A model generated the notes under the pieces. That model had not been told where the DNA came from and did not search any database. It saw nothing but the letters and a program-made list of their open reading frames with translations. A DNA stretch of 64,000 bases from Desulfosudaceae bacterium (GTDB lineage: Bacteria; Desulfobacterota; Desulfobacteria; Desulfobacterales; Desulfosudaceae), in the NCBI GenBank assembly GCA_963674745.2, contig CAXXDV010000003.1, forward strand, positions 1,024,001 through 1,088,000, in the 5' to 3' direction. Positions 1 to 10,723 of this stretch are shown here, in pieces (the first letter of the stretch is position 1; each line of letters opens with the position of its first letter). A program made the translations under genes and the position numbers.

Positions 1-501
1 TACACAATAAATTTCTTATTTAAAACAATTTGTTAGTTGGCTTCCCGGTAACAGGGGAAAAGTGATTGAACAGGCCGCCTGTTAAATTCATTGACATGAT
101 CAACGTCCTTCACAACCGGGTCAACCCGGTCGTGGACCCTCTTTTATTTTTATTTACAACAATCAAACAGTAGCGGAAGGCTTCAACCTTCCAATTTCCA
201 ATAGGGCGCTGCAGCCCACCGCTGCTGCCTCTTACAGAAATGATCAAGCGGCCAGGGGCTCAATCAAATCGTGAAATGTACGGATTAACCGGCATGAGCT
301 GAAAGTCGAAGCATTCCCGCAAATAAGGTTTAAGCGGTGGATACGGATCATCATCTGTTTTTTACAACATGTAAAAATTTTCGACGGAATTTAAGTGTTA
401 AATTCGTTCAAGTACTGAAAAAAAAACCCGCCTCATGAGAATGTCATTTAAAATCAAATTATTATACCTGGACAAAGGACTTCGAAGAAGGAGTGAAAAC
501 T

Positions 502-517
502 TGGCATCATGCTTGCT
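502..517 (+). promoter_or_regulatory. sigma54 (-24/-12) promoter of the left signalling operon
   Basis: TGGCA-TCATGC-TTGCT with GG and GC 12 nt apart, ~35 bp before ATG 553. IHF-like AATCAA-ATTA-TTA at 452-464. Confidence 0.7.
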
Positions 518-552
518 CTATATGAGTTAACGCAAAATAAAAGAGGCGGACG

Positions 553-969
553 ATGACTCGAAAGTACACCATATTAATTGCCGACAGCAATATTCACGTC
601 AGGCGGTTTCTTGTTCGAGAGTTGAGTAGCCCATCCTATGAAATCATTCAGGCGGCCAACCATATGCAGCTTTTTGCCAGAATATTCGGGAAAAAAACAC
701 CGGATCTGATTGTCTTTGATATGAATATTCCCTATATCAATTGCCTTGATGTATTAAAACAGCTTTTGAACATCACCCCGCCCATCCCCATCATTATTTA
801 TTCCTACCTTTCCGAATACAAAGATCATCCCCTGGTAAAAGATACCCATGGCTTTGTTGAGAAAAACGGGAACATCGCCGCGCTGCAGAACAAAATCAGC
901 GAGGTGCTGAATTATTATTATGAAACCCCCTGCCGTCCCGAACAGGGTCGCCAGGATTTCTCCCTTTGA
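553..969 (+). CDS. stand-alone receiver-domain protein (atypical acidic pocket)
   Basis: ILIADSN...PDLIVFDMNIP...IPIIIYS...FVEK receiver pattern; RBS GAGG. Confidence 0.8.
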   Translation: MTRKYTILIADSNIHVRRFLVRELSSPSYEIIQAANHMQLFARIFGKKTPDLIVFDMNIPYINCLDVLKQLLNITPPIPIIIYSYLSEYKDHPLVKDTHGFVEKNGNIAALQNKISEVLNYYYETPCRPEQGRQDFSL

Positions 970-2738
970 TGGAACAACCGATGAATATCGCCAAGAAAAA
1001 CCCGCCCGGAAAAACAAATCTCGAAGCCCAGTCGCGTCATGACACGAATCATGAAGCAGCCCGCTACTATTTTCAGAAGCTGAAAAAACGTATTCTGCTG
1101 ATCATGATGATCGCCTTTCTGTCGCCACTGGTACTGCTGTCGATATATTTCCATTTTCAGTTCAACCTGACCATGAAGCAGAGTGGAAAAATGCAGCTGC
1201 TTTCCCTGGCCGAAAGCCAGCGTAACACCATTGATCTCTTTCTTCAGGAACGTCTGGTGAATATCTTCAACCTGTTTCATGGCGCGGACTTTAAAGTGAA
1301 TCCGGACCAGTCTGATATGGACGCCTATCTCAAGCGGCTTCAGGAAACCAGTGATGCTTTTGTTGATGTCGGTTTTCTCAACGAAAACGGACATAAAATC
1401 GGTTATTCCGGGCCTTTCCCCTTTTTGATCAGAAAAAACTACAAGGATGAATTCTGGTTTGCCTCGCTGATGAGTCGACAATCCAATTATTTTATCAGCG
1501 ATATTTACAGGGGGTTCCGCGATAAACCTCACTTTACCATCGCCGTCAAACAACTGGTGGGAGATAAATATTATATCGTGCGGGCCACTCTTGATCCTGA
1601 CAAGTTTTATCACTTCCTTAAGACTATCGGGCAGGGGAAACATGTTAGTTCCTTTCTGATCAATCTGTCCGGAGAGTATCAGGTCGTGGCCCCCGGTTCA
1701 GGAGAAGTCTTGAAAAAAAGCGAGTTCCAGCCCCGCAACACCCATGGGCCGGATATTGAGGAAATCACCTGGAACGGGCAATCGGAACTGGTGGGCTATG
1801 CATGGCTCAAACAGGTCCCCTGGGCCCTGATTGTGCGGCAGCCGCTTAAACTGGCGTACGCCCGGATGTTCGCCGCCAGGAGATACATCATTATCGGCAG
1901 CGCCTTGACGGCGATTCTTCTTTTTTCCACGGTTGTCATTATTACCGGACGGCTGCTCACAAAAGCCGAAAAAATGGAAAAAGACCGCTATGAACTCAAA
2001 TCACAATTATTTCACGCCGCCAAACTGGTTTCCGTAGGAGAACTGGCGGCCGGGGTGGCCCATGAAATCAACAATCCCCTGGCCATCATCTTTTCCCAGT
2101 GCGGGGTCATACGGGACATATTCGATCCCGAGTTCGGTGGCGGCATCGGACCGGAAACACCGTCCCAGGTCAACGAAGAACTGGATATCATAGATGGTGC
2201 GGTTATGCGGGCCAAGGGCATTACCCAGAAATTGTTGAGTTCATCCAGAAAGTCAACACCCCGGATAACAAAATGCAACCTTAATCATATTCTTAATGAT
2301 GTTGTCGACGGGTTGCTGGAACGTGAGTTTAAGGTATCCAACATCGATCTGGTCAGAGAATACGCGCCTGATCTGCCGGACATCATGACTGACGCCGATC
2401 AACTTCACCAGGTGTTTCAGAACCTGATAAATAACGCCGGTGATGCCATTAAAGGGCCGGGCACAATCACCATCGTGACCAGTGCCGGCGATAATTTTGT
2501 TAAAGCATCCGTGACCGATACCGGTTGCGGTATGACCCAGGATGTTTTGGGAAAAGTATTTCTGCCGTTTTTTACGACTAAAGAGGTTGGCAAAGGAACA
2601 GGGCTGGGGCTTGGTATCAGCTTGAGCATCGTTGAAGCCATGGGCGGGACCATTGATGTCCAGTCCATGCCGGGAGCAGGCAGCACTTTTACCATTACCC
2701 TGCCGATTAATAGCACACAGGAGGTTGAATCGACATGA
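969..2738 (+). CDS. membrane sensor histidine kinase with Cache-like extracytoplasmic domain
   Basis: 2 TM; H-box AHEINNPL, N-box NLINNAGDA, G1 DTGCG, F PFFTTK, G2 GTGLGL; ATG overlaps upstream stop (TGATG). Confidence 0.92.
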   Translation: MEQPMNIAKKNPPGKTNLEAQSRHDTNHEAARYYFQKLKKRILLIMMIAFLSPLVLLSIYFHFQFNLTMKQSGKMQLLSLAESQRNTIDLFLQERLVNIFNLFHGADFKVNPDQSDMDAYLKRLQETSDAFVDVGFLNENGHKIGYSGPFPFLIRKNYKDEFWFASLMSRQSNYFISDIYRGFRDKPHFTIAVKQLVGDKYYIVRATLDPDKFYHFLKTIGQGKHVSSFLINLSGEYQVVAPGSGEVLKKSEFQPRNTHGPDIEEITWNGQSELVGYAWLKQVPWALIVRQPLKLAYARMFAARRYIIIGSALTAILLFSTVVIITGRLLTKAEKMEKDRYELKSQLFHAAKLVSVGELAAGVAHEINNPLAIIFSQCGVIRDIFDPEFGGGIGPETPSQVNEELDIIDGAVMRAKGITQKLLSSSRKSTPRITKCNLNHILNDVVDGLLEREFKVSNIDLVREYAPDLPDIMTDADQLHQVFQNLINNAGDAIKGPGTITIVTSAGDNFVKASVTDTGCGMTQDVLGKVFLPFFTTKEVGKGTGLGLGISLSIVEAMGGTIDVQSMPGAGSTFTITLPINSTQEVEST

Positions 2739-4798
2739 CCCAATTGCAAGAACCCAGAAAGGACAGCAAGCCGACGGTCATTCTGCTTGTTGATGATGAA
2801 GACCATTTTAGAAACGCGATGAACAAGCAGTTATCATCGCGGGGATACAGGGTGTACGACGTGAAAGGCGGTTTTGACGCCATCAAGATCGTTCGTCATA
2901 ACAACCCGGAAGTGATCATCCTTGATCAGAAAATGCCGGACATGGACGGCATCCAGACATTAAAGGAAATTAAAGCCATCCGGCCGGAAGCGCAGGTCAT
3001 TATGTTGACCGGGCACGGCAGTACGGAAGCCGCCACCGAAACCGGCCGTCACGATGTTTTTAAATACATGCTCAAACCATGCGGCATCAACGAACTGGTA
3101 GAGAATATCGAAGCCGCCCGCCAGGAGCGGGTGTATGCCATGATGCGTAATGAAATAGCGGTGGTCAAACGTCACAGCTTAAAACAGTGGCTGGTCGGCG
3201 TCCACAACGCCCGTCCCGGGCTGATGATTCTGGGCGCTCTGCTGTTTCTGGCCATGGTGCTGATGCCGACACCGGATCGTATGAACCAGTTATTCACAAA
3301 AGACAAGGCAGGGGTGGGGGATTCGGCCATAACCGGTTACGCCGGTTATCGCAGCATGAAAACCGGTGAAAATATTGCCGGGTATTATTTGAAAGAAGCG
3401 GGGCTTCTTCCGAAAAACACGGAAGCGGTTATTGATGATGGGAAACTTGCGGATAAGGCTTCGCTTCGGGCCAGGGTTATGGTCGGCGTTTTGATCGTGG
3501 CCGCCCTGTTTTGGGCTACAGGCGCCATCCCCGTCGGTATTACGGCCCTGCTGGTGGGTGTGCTGATGTACTTTTTTGGCGTTCTGCCACCGGACAAGAT
3601 CGCCAAGGCTTTTGCCAAAGATGCGGTTATTTTTATTTTCGGTGTGCTGGCCATGGCCGCCGCGGTCATGAAAACCGGGTTGGACAAGCGCATCGGTTCC
3701 CTGTTGCTGGGGACGAGCAGTTCACTGGCACGGCTGGCCTTTATCTTCTGCCCGCTGTTGGCCGTGACCGCCTCTTTTCTTTCAGAACACGCCCTGGTGG
3801 CTTTTATTATTCCGGTGCTGATGATGGCCTATCTGGGCGTGGTCCGTACTGCTCAGATTCGCAATGACCGCAATCTGGCCGTGATGATGATTCTGATGGT
3901 CTGTTTTGTTGCCAATATCGGCGGCCCGGGATCACCGGCAGCCGGCGGCCGAAACGCCGTCATGCTGGGGATTTTGACCGATTACGGGGCAGCCCCGAGT
4001 TTTGCCCAGTGGGTCATGTACGGTCTGCCTTTTGTGCCGGTCATGGCCATCGTCATCGGCGCTTATTTCTTTTTCATGTTCCGCAAAAAAATAAAAGTAA
4101 AAAATTTGAATCTGCTGGCGGAAATCCAACAGGAAACCCGAAAAATCGGCAAAATGACCCGGGATGAATATGTAACTGCTATTGTTCTGGTTGTTCTGGT
4201 CACGCTCTGGATCACGGTCAGTGACCGGTTCGGCATGGGCGGTCCGGTCGTCCTGGCCCTGGTGGCGCTCAATATTCTGGGCATTCTTCGCTGGAAGGAC
4301 ATTAATGGTATTCACTGGGATGTGGTGGCCCTGTATGCCAGCGCCTGCGCCATGGGCACCGGTCTGGCTTCAACCGGCGCGGCTTTATGGATGGCGGACA
4401 GTTTTATTAATATTCTTCCGGATGTGTTGATGACCGGAACGGGACTGGCTTTTTCCGCCAGCTTGTTTACCGGCGTCATGACAAATTTCATGAGCGACGG
4501 CGCTACCGTGGCGGCTATCGGTCCCATTGTCGTACCCATGGCCACGATGGCCGACACGCACCCCTGGATGGTCGGCCTGGCTACCGCTTTTGCCTCTTCG
4601 TTCGCCCATGCCATGATTATCGGTACACCCAACAATGCCATCGCCTACAGTATGGCCCGTGATCCGGATACCGGGGAGCAGCTGGTGACAATGAAAGATT
4701 TTTTCATTCATGGCGGCGTTGTGCTGTTGCTGTCGTTCCTGGTGCTGTGGTTCTGGGTCTTTTTAGGCTACTGGCGCTGGATCGGTTTTCCGAGCTGA
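2735..4798 (+). CDS. receiver domain fused to SLC13/DASS (divalent anion:Na+ symporter) permease
   Basis: N-term LLVDDE..LDQKMP..LTGHG..LKP; C-term multi-TM with DASS-like NIGGPGSPAAGGRN and IIGTPNNAI. Confidence 0.88.
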   Translation: MTQLQEPRKDSKPTVILLVDDEDHFRNAMNKQLSSRGYRVYDVKGGFDAIKIVRHNNPEVIILDQKMPDMDGIQTLKEIKAIRPEAQVIMLTGHGSTEAATETGRHDVFKYMLKPCGINELVENIEAARQERVYAMMRNEIAVVKRHSLKQWLVGVHNARPGLMILGALLFLAMVLMPTPDRMNQLFTKDKAGVGDSAITGYAGYRSMKTGENIAGYYLKEAGLLPKNTEAVIDDGKLADKASLRARVMVGVLIVAALFWATGAIPVGITALLVGVLMYFFGVLPPDKIAKAFAKDAVIFIFGVLAMAAAVMKTGLDKRIGSLLLGTSSSLARLAFIFCPLLAVTASFLSEHALVAFIIPVLMMAYLGVVRTAQIRNDRNLAVMMILMVCFVANIGGPGSPAAGGRNAVMLGILTDYGAAPSFAQWVMYGLPFVPVMAIVIGAYFFFMFRKKIKVKNLNLLAEIQQETRKIGKMTRDEYVTAIVLVVLVTLWITVSDRFGMGGPVVLALVALNILGILRWKDINGIHWDVVALYASACAMGTGLASTGAALWMADSFINILPDVLMTGTGLAFSASLFTGVMTNFMSDGATVAAIGPIVVPMATMADTHPWMVGLATAFASSFAHAMIIGTPNNAIAYSMARDPDTGEQLVTMKDFFIHGGVVLLLSFLVLWFWVFLGYWRWIGFPS

Positions 4799-4837
4799 AT
4801 TTCAACAGGATTTTAAATAACACGGATAATAACGATT

Positions 4838-6562
4838 ATGCAAAAGTCAGTCGTAAATAATAAACCCAACGGGGATGAAAAATTCAACCGGATTCGGCGT
4901 ACGATTCTGGTCCGGGTTTTGCTGCTGCCGTTTATTATTCTGCTGATTATTTGTGGAACGCTGATCTATTACCTGGCCACAAATATTTATGATCATGTCG
5001 GAACGGAGCTGGTCATTGTCACCGAAGATCATCGGCGCCTGATAGAACAGTTTTTTGTCGAACGGGTCAGTGACCTTCAATTTATTGCTGCCTCTGTCAG
5101 CCTGTCGACGATTACCGATGATCATCGCCTTGACAGTTATTTGAAACGCCTGCGGTTAAAATCAGAGGCGTTTTCAGACCTGGGGGTGTTTGATGTAGAG
5201 GGCAATCACCTGGCCTATGTCGGACCTTATGACCTGGCCGGACGTAATTATTCCGATACCGAATGGTTTCAAGCGACTCAACATCGACAGGTATATATAT
5301 CCGATGTGTTTCTTGGCTTCCGACAGACGCCGCATTTTATTGTGGTGGTTAAAAAACAGGAAGGTGCTGTTCCGTGGTACCTGCGGGCCACCATTGATAT
5401 GCGTTATTTCAACTCCCTGGTTGAAGATATCCGTATCGGTGAAAGTGGTGAAGCTTACCTGGTCAATCAGACCGGTATTTTTCAGACCAAAAGCCGATCC
5501 GGCGCCAGATTGATGGCTGATGATCCGGATTTTCATCTCTATCCCAAAGACAAGACCCGGGTGACTCCGTTCCTGGAAAGAGGGGCTTCGGGCAATCGAT
5601 ATTTTTATACAATCGGCTACTTGGAACCCACCGGCTGGCGACTGGTGATCCGCCAGAAAACCAGCGACGTGTTTTTTCCGCTGATCAAGGCCGTCATTAT
5701 CGCTTCCCTGCTGGTTCTGATCGGCGGTGCCCTGGTGGTTTTAATCGCCTTTTATCTGTCCACCAATGTTGCCAGTCGATTGACCCTGGCGGAAGCGGAA
5801 AAAAGAGAAATGGGCAGTCAGTTGATCATGGCCGGAAAACTGGCGGAAATAGGGGAGATGAGTGCCGGCATGGCCCATGAAATCAATAATCCGCTGCAGA
5901 TTATGGCCATGGAATTTACAATGATCAATGACGTGTTCGCTGATTATTCAGACGGCCGTCCGTTTGATGATACCGACCGGAAAACGATACTGGATTCCAT
6001 TGAGCAGATCGGATTGCAGATCAACCGATGCCGGGACATAACCCACGGCCTGTTAAAATTTTCCCGGAAATCCGAACTGCATTTACAGCCGATTAATATA
6101 CCAAGTCTGATAGAAGATTCCATTCAAATGGTTGTCCATCAGGCCCAGCTTCAGGGCGTTAATATTAATCGTCATATCGACCAGCATCTGCCTGTTGTTC
6201 ATAGTGACACGGAACAGCTTCGACAGGTGCTGGTTAACCTGCTGAATAACGCGATTTACGCCGTACAGGAGAAAAATGACGGAATGATTGATGTTTCCGT
6301 AAAAAATGCTGACGACAGTGTCAGGATTGAAGTCAGGGATAACGGCTGCGGCATCAATAGAGAAAACCTGGAAAAAATATTTATGCCGTTTTTTACCACT
6401 AAACCGGTGGGCAAGGGGACCGGTCTCGGCTTGAGTACCTGTTACGGCATTATCGAACGTCTGGGCGGAACATTGTCCGTCAAAAGCGAACCCGAAGAGG
6501 GATCTGCTTTTACATTGTCACTCCCTCTTTTATCCGGGGCCGATAAACAGGGGCGAAAGTAA
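4838..6562 (+). CDS. Cache-domain sensor histidine kinase
   Basis: [52 protein letters not shown] shared with the 969 and 25789 kinases. Confidence 0.92.
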   Translation: MQKSVVNNKPNGDEKFNRIRRTILVRVLLLPFIILLIICGTLIYYLATNIYDHVGTELVIVTEDHRRLIEQFFVERVSDLQFIAASVSLSTITDDHRLDSYLKRLRLKSEAFSDLGVFDVEGNHLAYVGPYDLAGRNYSDTEWFQATQHRQVYISDVFLGFRQTPHFIVVVKKQEGAVPWYLRATIDMRYFNSLVEDIRIGESGEAYLVNQTGIFQTKSRSGARLMADDPDFHLYPKDKTRVTPFLERGASGNRYFYTIGYLEPTGWRLVIRQKTSDVFFPLIKAVIIASLLVLIGGALVVLIAFYLSTNVASRLTLAEAEKREMGSQLIMAGKLAEIGEMSAGMAHEINNPLQIMAMEFTMINDVFADYSDGRPFDDTDRKTILDSIEQIGLQINRCRDITHGLLKFSRKSELHLQPINIPSLIEDSIQMVVHQAQLQGVNINRHIDQHLPVVHSDTEQLRQVLVNLLNNAIYAVQEKNDGMIDVSVKNADDSVRIEVRDNGCGINRENLEKIFMPFFTTKPVGKGTGLGLSTCYGIIERLGGTLSVKSEPEEGSAFTLSLPLLSGADKQGRK

Positions 6563-6609
6563 TTAGTATTGAAAATAATTATATAAAATTTCTGATAAGG
6601 AGACGCCTT

Positions 6610-7071
6610 ATGAAAAATCTTCAATTGCTTCTTGTGGATGACGAAGAACGCTTTCTGTCAACCACAAAATTACTGCTGGAAAAGCGGGGTGTTATAACGC
6701 ATACGGCTTCCGGCGGCCGTGAGGCCCTGCGGATACTGGAAGAAAAGCGTGTAGACGTGGTGGTTCTGGACGTCAAAATGCCCGACATGGACGGAATAGA
6801 AACGTTGCGTCTGATTAAACAGCGATATCCCCTGGTGGAAGTGGTCATGCTGACCGGTCATGCTTCCGTTGACTCGGCGGTTGATGGTATGCGGTTGGGC
6901 GCTTTCGACTATCTTATGAAGCCCTGTGATATTGCCGATATGCTCAAAAAAATTCAGGAAGCGTTTATTAAAAAACAGGTCACGGAAGAGAAAATTCAGA
7001 AACTAAAAGTTGAACGAATTATCAGTCATCCCATGGCGGTCTTTGATAAAGAAGGGAAAAATGAGGATTGA
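6610..7071 (+). CDS. single-domain response regulator
   Basis: LLVDDE, LDVKMP, LTGH, YLMKP; RBS AAGGAG. Confidence 0.92.
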   Translation: MKNLQLLLVDDEERFLSTTKLLLEKRGVITHTASGGREALRILEEKRVDVVVLDVKMPDMDGIETLRLIKQRYPLVEVVMLTGHASVDSAVDGMRLGAFDYLMKPCDIADMLKKIQEAFIKKQVTEEKIQKLKVERIISHPMAVFDKEGKNED

Positions 7072-7167
7072 GCCTGTACAACTGAGTGCTCATCGATGTG
7101 GTTTAGTCATCATCCGCGGCGGGATTTTTGAAAATAACTTATTGAATTGAGATGTTGAGGAGGCACG

Positions 7168-9024
7168 ATGGCTGCACGAAAAGAAAAAAAGAAAGCAACT
7201 GGTTATGATAAATATATCGACTGGAAAATATTTATTGTTCCCGTTGTGCTGTGCGCACTGGTACTGATGCTCCCGGCAAGTCGGGGCATGCGGGATGTGG
7301 GGGTGGAGTATCAGGTCGGTACGGATGCGGTAATTGAGTATATCACCCAGCAGTTGTTTCAGGCCGACAGCGAGTCCGCCGAACAATGGCAGCTTTTGAC
7401 GGCCCGTATTATGGAAAAAAACATGCGCATGGGCGCACTGAGCGAGGACCGTTTTTTAAAGCGTAATTTAAAATGGTGCAGCAAGTATGATATCCCGGTT
7501 ACAAAAACCCATCTTGAAATGTCTCAGAAGTTTATTAAGGAACAGATCAGTGCCGAAAATTTTCGAAACATCATGTCGGCGGCCATGGATTTACGGCTGA
7601 ATGGACTTCAATATGACCAGCTTGATGATACCGCCCGAAAGGCGGCTGATATCGGCGCCTGGCAGGTCAAGGTTTCCCTGGCCATGACCGTGTTCGTGGT
7701 GCTGTGCTTTTTGACTGAATGCATTCCGCTGCCCGGCGTAGCATTCTGTATCGGTCTGCTGCTGGTTTTCACGGGCGTTCTCAACCGTGAAGAGGTGACC
7801 ATGATGTACTGGAGTGACGCCTGCTGGTTTATTATGGGCAGCTTGATGTTCGCCGTGGCTTTTGTGAAAACCGGCGTGGACAAACGCGTCTGCTTGATGA
7901 TGTTCAAAAAACTGGCCACGCCAAATGTCAAATGGGTGACGCTGATTATTTTTATTATCATTTCTCCATTGGCGGCTTTTATTTCCGATCATGCCCTGGC
8001 GGCCATATTTTTGCCCATCGGTATCCTGCTTTATCAGAACAGCCTGACCAAGGATACACCCCAGGACACGGAACTGGCCAAAATGCTGATGATCACCATT
8101 GCCATGGCCTGCAATATCGGCGGTCCGGGAGCCCCTTCCGGCGGTGCCCGTAATGTTATCATGATGACCTATCTGAACGATATGTTCGGACTGGACATCG
8201 GATATTTCCAATGGGTATCGTATTGTTTCCCCTATCTCATGATTATGATCCCGCTTACCTGGATAATTGTAAATCTGCGGTTCAAGCCTAAAATCAAAAG
8301 CCTTGGCCCGGCCATGGAGCACCTTAAATCCGAAATTAACCGCATGGGGAAATGGAACAAACAACAGATCGTGGCCTTGATTATTTTTGCCGTTATGGTC
8401 TTCGGCTGGTTTACGGAAAAAACGTTTTACGATATGGGCATCCTGCCTGTCCGGCTGGGTATCGGCGTGCTGGCCGTGGCTGGTGCCGTAGCCTATCTTA
8501 TGGCCGGTATCGTTAACTGGCGGGATTACCAGGAAAAGGTTGATTGGGGTGTCGTCTGGCTCTATGCAGGCGCCATTATTTTTGGCCGGGTCCTGGATCA
8601 GACCGGCGCCGCTTACTGGCTGGCCAGAACGGTTCTGGAACTGGTTGCGCCGCTGGGTCTTGACTCGGGACTGCCGTTGATGGCGGTTTCCAACGGGCTG
8701 ACGTCCGTTTTGACCAATCTTATGGCCGACGGTCCGGCAGCCGCCTCGGTGGGGCCCATCGCGCTGAACATGGCCGGCCTGGCGCATCCGGGCACGACTT
8801 ATCTGCCGTTTATCGCCATGTCCACGGCCATTGCCTCGTCTTTTGCCTACTGCCTGATTATCGGCACGCCGCCCAACGCGATTGTCTATGCCAGTGGTTA
8901 CCTGGAGCCCAAGGATTATCTGCGGGTGGGTATTCCCATGTGGTTTATCGCCAATATCCTCCTGCTGGTATTGTCGGGTGTTTATTGGGCGTTGAGAGGC
9001 TTCGGTGATCTGCCGATGTTTTAA
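7168..9024 (+). CDS. SLC13/DASS family permease
   Basis: multi-TM; NIGGPGAPSGGARN, IIGTPPNAIVY; RBS GAGGAGG. Confidence 0.88.
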   Translation: MAARKEKKKATGYDKYIDWKIFIVPVVLCALVLMLPASRGMRDVGVEYQVGTDAVIEYITQQLFQADSESAEQWQLLTARIMEKNMRMGALSEDRFLKRNLKWCSKYDIPVTKTHLEMSQKFIKEQISAENFRNIMSAAMDLRLNGLQYDQLDDTARKAADIGAWQVKVSLAMTVFVVLCFLTECIPLPGVAFCIGLLLVFTGVLNREEVTMMYWSDACWFIMGSLMFAVAFVKTGVDKRVCLMMFKKLATPNVKWVTLIIFIIISPLAAFISDHALAAIFLPIGILLYQNSLTKDTPQDTELAKMLMITIAMACNIGGPGAPSGGARNVIMMTYLNDMFGLDIGYFQWVSYCFPYLMIMIPLTWIIVNLRFKPKIKSLGPAMEHLKSEINRMGKWNKQQIVALIIFAVMVFGWFTEKTFYDMGILPVRLGIGVLAVAGAVAYLMAGIVNWRDYQEKVDWGVVWLYAGAIIFGRVLDQTGAAYWLARTVLELVAPLGLDSGLPLMAVSNGLTSVLTNLMADGPAAASVGPIALNMAGLAHPGTTYLPFIAMSTAIASSFAYCLIIGTPPNAIVYASGYLEPKDYLRVGIPMWFIANILLLVLSGVYWALRGFGDLPMF

Positions 9025-9078
9025 CCAGACAAGACAATGGCCCTAATGCGTTTCCAGTTCAACACAAAGGAGTCGGTT

Positions 9079-9210
9079 ATGAGAAAATCAAAAGAAAAAA
9101 TTTGTAAATACCAGGACGGCAGACTTTATTTTACGACCGGTGCTGAAAGAAAGGTGATGTTTATCCTGACCGTTGCCATGCTGATTGCCGGCATAATGGT
9201 TAAATTTTAA
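9079..9210 (+). CDS. 43-aa small protein with C-terminal hydrophobic helix (not in ORF track)
   Basis: AAGGAG RBS; MRKSKEKICKYQDGRLYFTTGAERKVMFILTVAMLIAGIMVKF*; fills the gap between operon genes. Confidence 0.7.
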   Translation: MRKSKEKICKYQDGRLYFTTGAERKVMFILTVAMLIAGIMVKF

Positions 9211-9226
9211 CAGGAAGGACCCGGCC

Positions 9227-9754
9227 ATGATGACAGCGACCCGAATTCATTTCCCGTTGGCCGTTTATGTTCGGATCGTTACCCGTATGTTCACCGGACC
9301 CGGTGCGCTTTACGGGGAACTTGAAACAACCGGACCGGAAATCCGTGAGGCGTTTACCTTTTTGATATTCGCTTCGCTGATTTCTGCGGGTGCGGGCATA
9401 TTGGTGCATCGCCCTCCCGAGTTCATGGCCGTGTTCGGTATTCTGTTCGCCAATGCTGTGGGGATGTGCTTTTTCGCGGTCATGGTGGGTTACATCATCA
9501 TGATCATGGGATTCGGCAGGAAGTCGTCTTTTTTGAAGCTGTTCAGGATATATGCTTTAGCCTCGGGCACGACCCTGTTGCTGTCATGGATTCCGTTTTC
9601 CCTCATGTTTACAGAACTCTGGAAGTGGTGGTTGATTTTCGTCGGACTGACCAGGGGGGGCGTGTTTAATAAAAAAGAGGGCGCGCTGGTATTGATCCTG
9701 TCTATTGCCGTCATCGTTCTCTTTTTCCGGTCGCTTCTGGCGGTATTGGCATAA
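9227..9754 (+). CDS. YIP1-like membrane protein
   Basis: about 5 hydrophobic segments; N-term FTGPGALY, mid RIYALAS. Confidence 0.6.
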   Translation: MMTATRIHFPLAVYVRIVTRMFTGPGALYGELETTGPEIREAFTFLIFASLISAGAGILVHRPPEFMAVFGILFANAVGMCFFAVMVGYIIMIMGFGRKSSFLKLFRIYALASGTTLLLSWIPFSLMFTELWKWWLIFVGLTRGGVFNKKEGALVLILSIAVIVLFFRSLLAVLA

Positions 9755-9805
9755 TCAGGTGTCTGATATTGAAAATGACAAACATAAATTGAAGGAATAA
9801 AAGCA

Positions 9806-10723
9806 ATGGAAAGAAAAATCAAGGTGTTGATGGTTGATGATGAGGACCAGTTCCGGGCTACCACGGAAAAACTGCTGACCCGACGCGGATTTGAGATGAT
9901 TATGGCTGATAACGGCAGATCGGCCATTGATAAAATCAGTCAAAATCCGGATGTGGTCATTCTGGATATCAAGATGCCTGACATGGATGGCCACCAGACG
10001 CTGCGGGAGATCAAAAAGATCAAGCCCGATCTGCCGGTGATTATGCTGACCGGCCATGGTGAAATCAATTCCGCGTTACAGGCCCGTCACGAAGGCGCCC
10101 TGGATTATCTTTCCAAGCCCTGTGATATTAATTTGCTGGTTGGGAAAATCAGGGAAGCCTTTCAGCGGGCAATGAGTGGCGCTGAAGGGAAAGAAAAATT
10201 GATCTCGGATATCATGATTCCGATCGACGAGTACACGCTTTTAAGCCAGAACAGTTCGGTGATGGACGCCATCATGAAACTGCAGGAATCATTTAATATG
10301 AAGATGGCTACTTCGCGGCTTATGGAAACCGGTCACCGTTCCATCCTGGTCGTTGATGACCAGAAACGGGCCCAGGGGATCCTGGCGATTACCGACCTGC
10401 TCCAAACGATGCTGCCGGCTTACCTGAGTGCTCCCCGACCGTCTCTGGCCGACAGCATTCAGTATTCGCCTATTTTTTGGAACGGCATGTTCACGACCGA
10501 AGTCCGGGAAAAAGCCTCCACCCTTATCAGCGAGATCATGTCACCGGTGCCTGTTTCCATCGATGGTGAAGCTTCGTTAATGGAAGCCGCTTATATGATG
10601 ATTCATCATCATGCCAGGCGTTTGCTGGTTGTTATAGATGACGCCGTAGTGGGCCTTGTTCGGGAGCAGGACTTGTTTTTTGAAATGGCCAGGATCCTGG
10701 ACCAGGAAGAGGTAAATCCATGA
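9806..10723 (+). CDS. receiver + CBS-pair protein
   Basis: LMVDDE/LDIKMP/LTGHG/YLSKP, then ISDIMIP...ISEIMSP...RRLLVV..VVGLV CBS repeats. Confidence 0.85.
   Translation: MERKIKVLMVDDEDQFRATTEKLLTRRGFEMIMADNGRSAIDKISQNPDVVILDIKMPDMDGHQTLREIKKIKPDLPVIMLTGHGEINSALQARHEGALDYLSKPCDINLLVGKIREAFQRAMSGAEGKEKLISDIMIPIDEYTLLSQNSSVMDAIMKLQESFNMKMATSRLMETGHRSILVVDDQKRAQGILAITDLLQTMLPAYLSAPRPSLADSIQYSPIFWNGMFTTEVREKASTLISEIMSPVPVSIDGEASLMEAAYMMIHHHARRLLVVIDDAVVGLVREQDLFFEMARILDQEEVNP

Noticed and set aside
91..103. FNR/CRP-like site TTGACATGATCAA
   Set aside because: One base short of the TTGAT-N4-ATCAA spacing.
7591..8787. 398-aa antisense ORF and similar ORFs overlapping alaS and ACAD
   Set aside because: Fully overlap confident genes on the opposite strand; no recognisable motifs.
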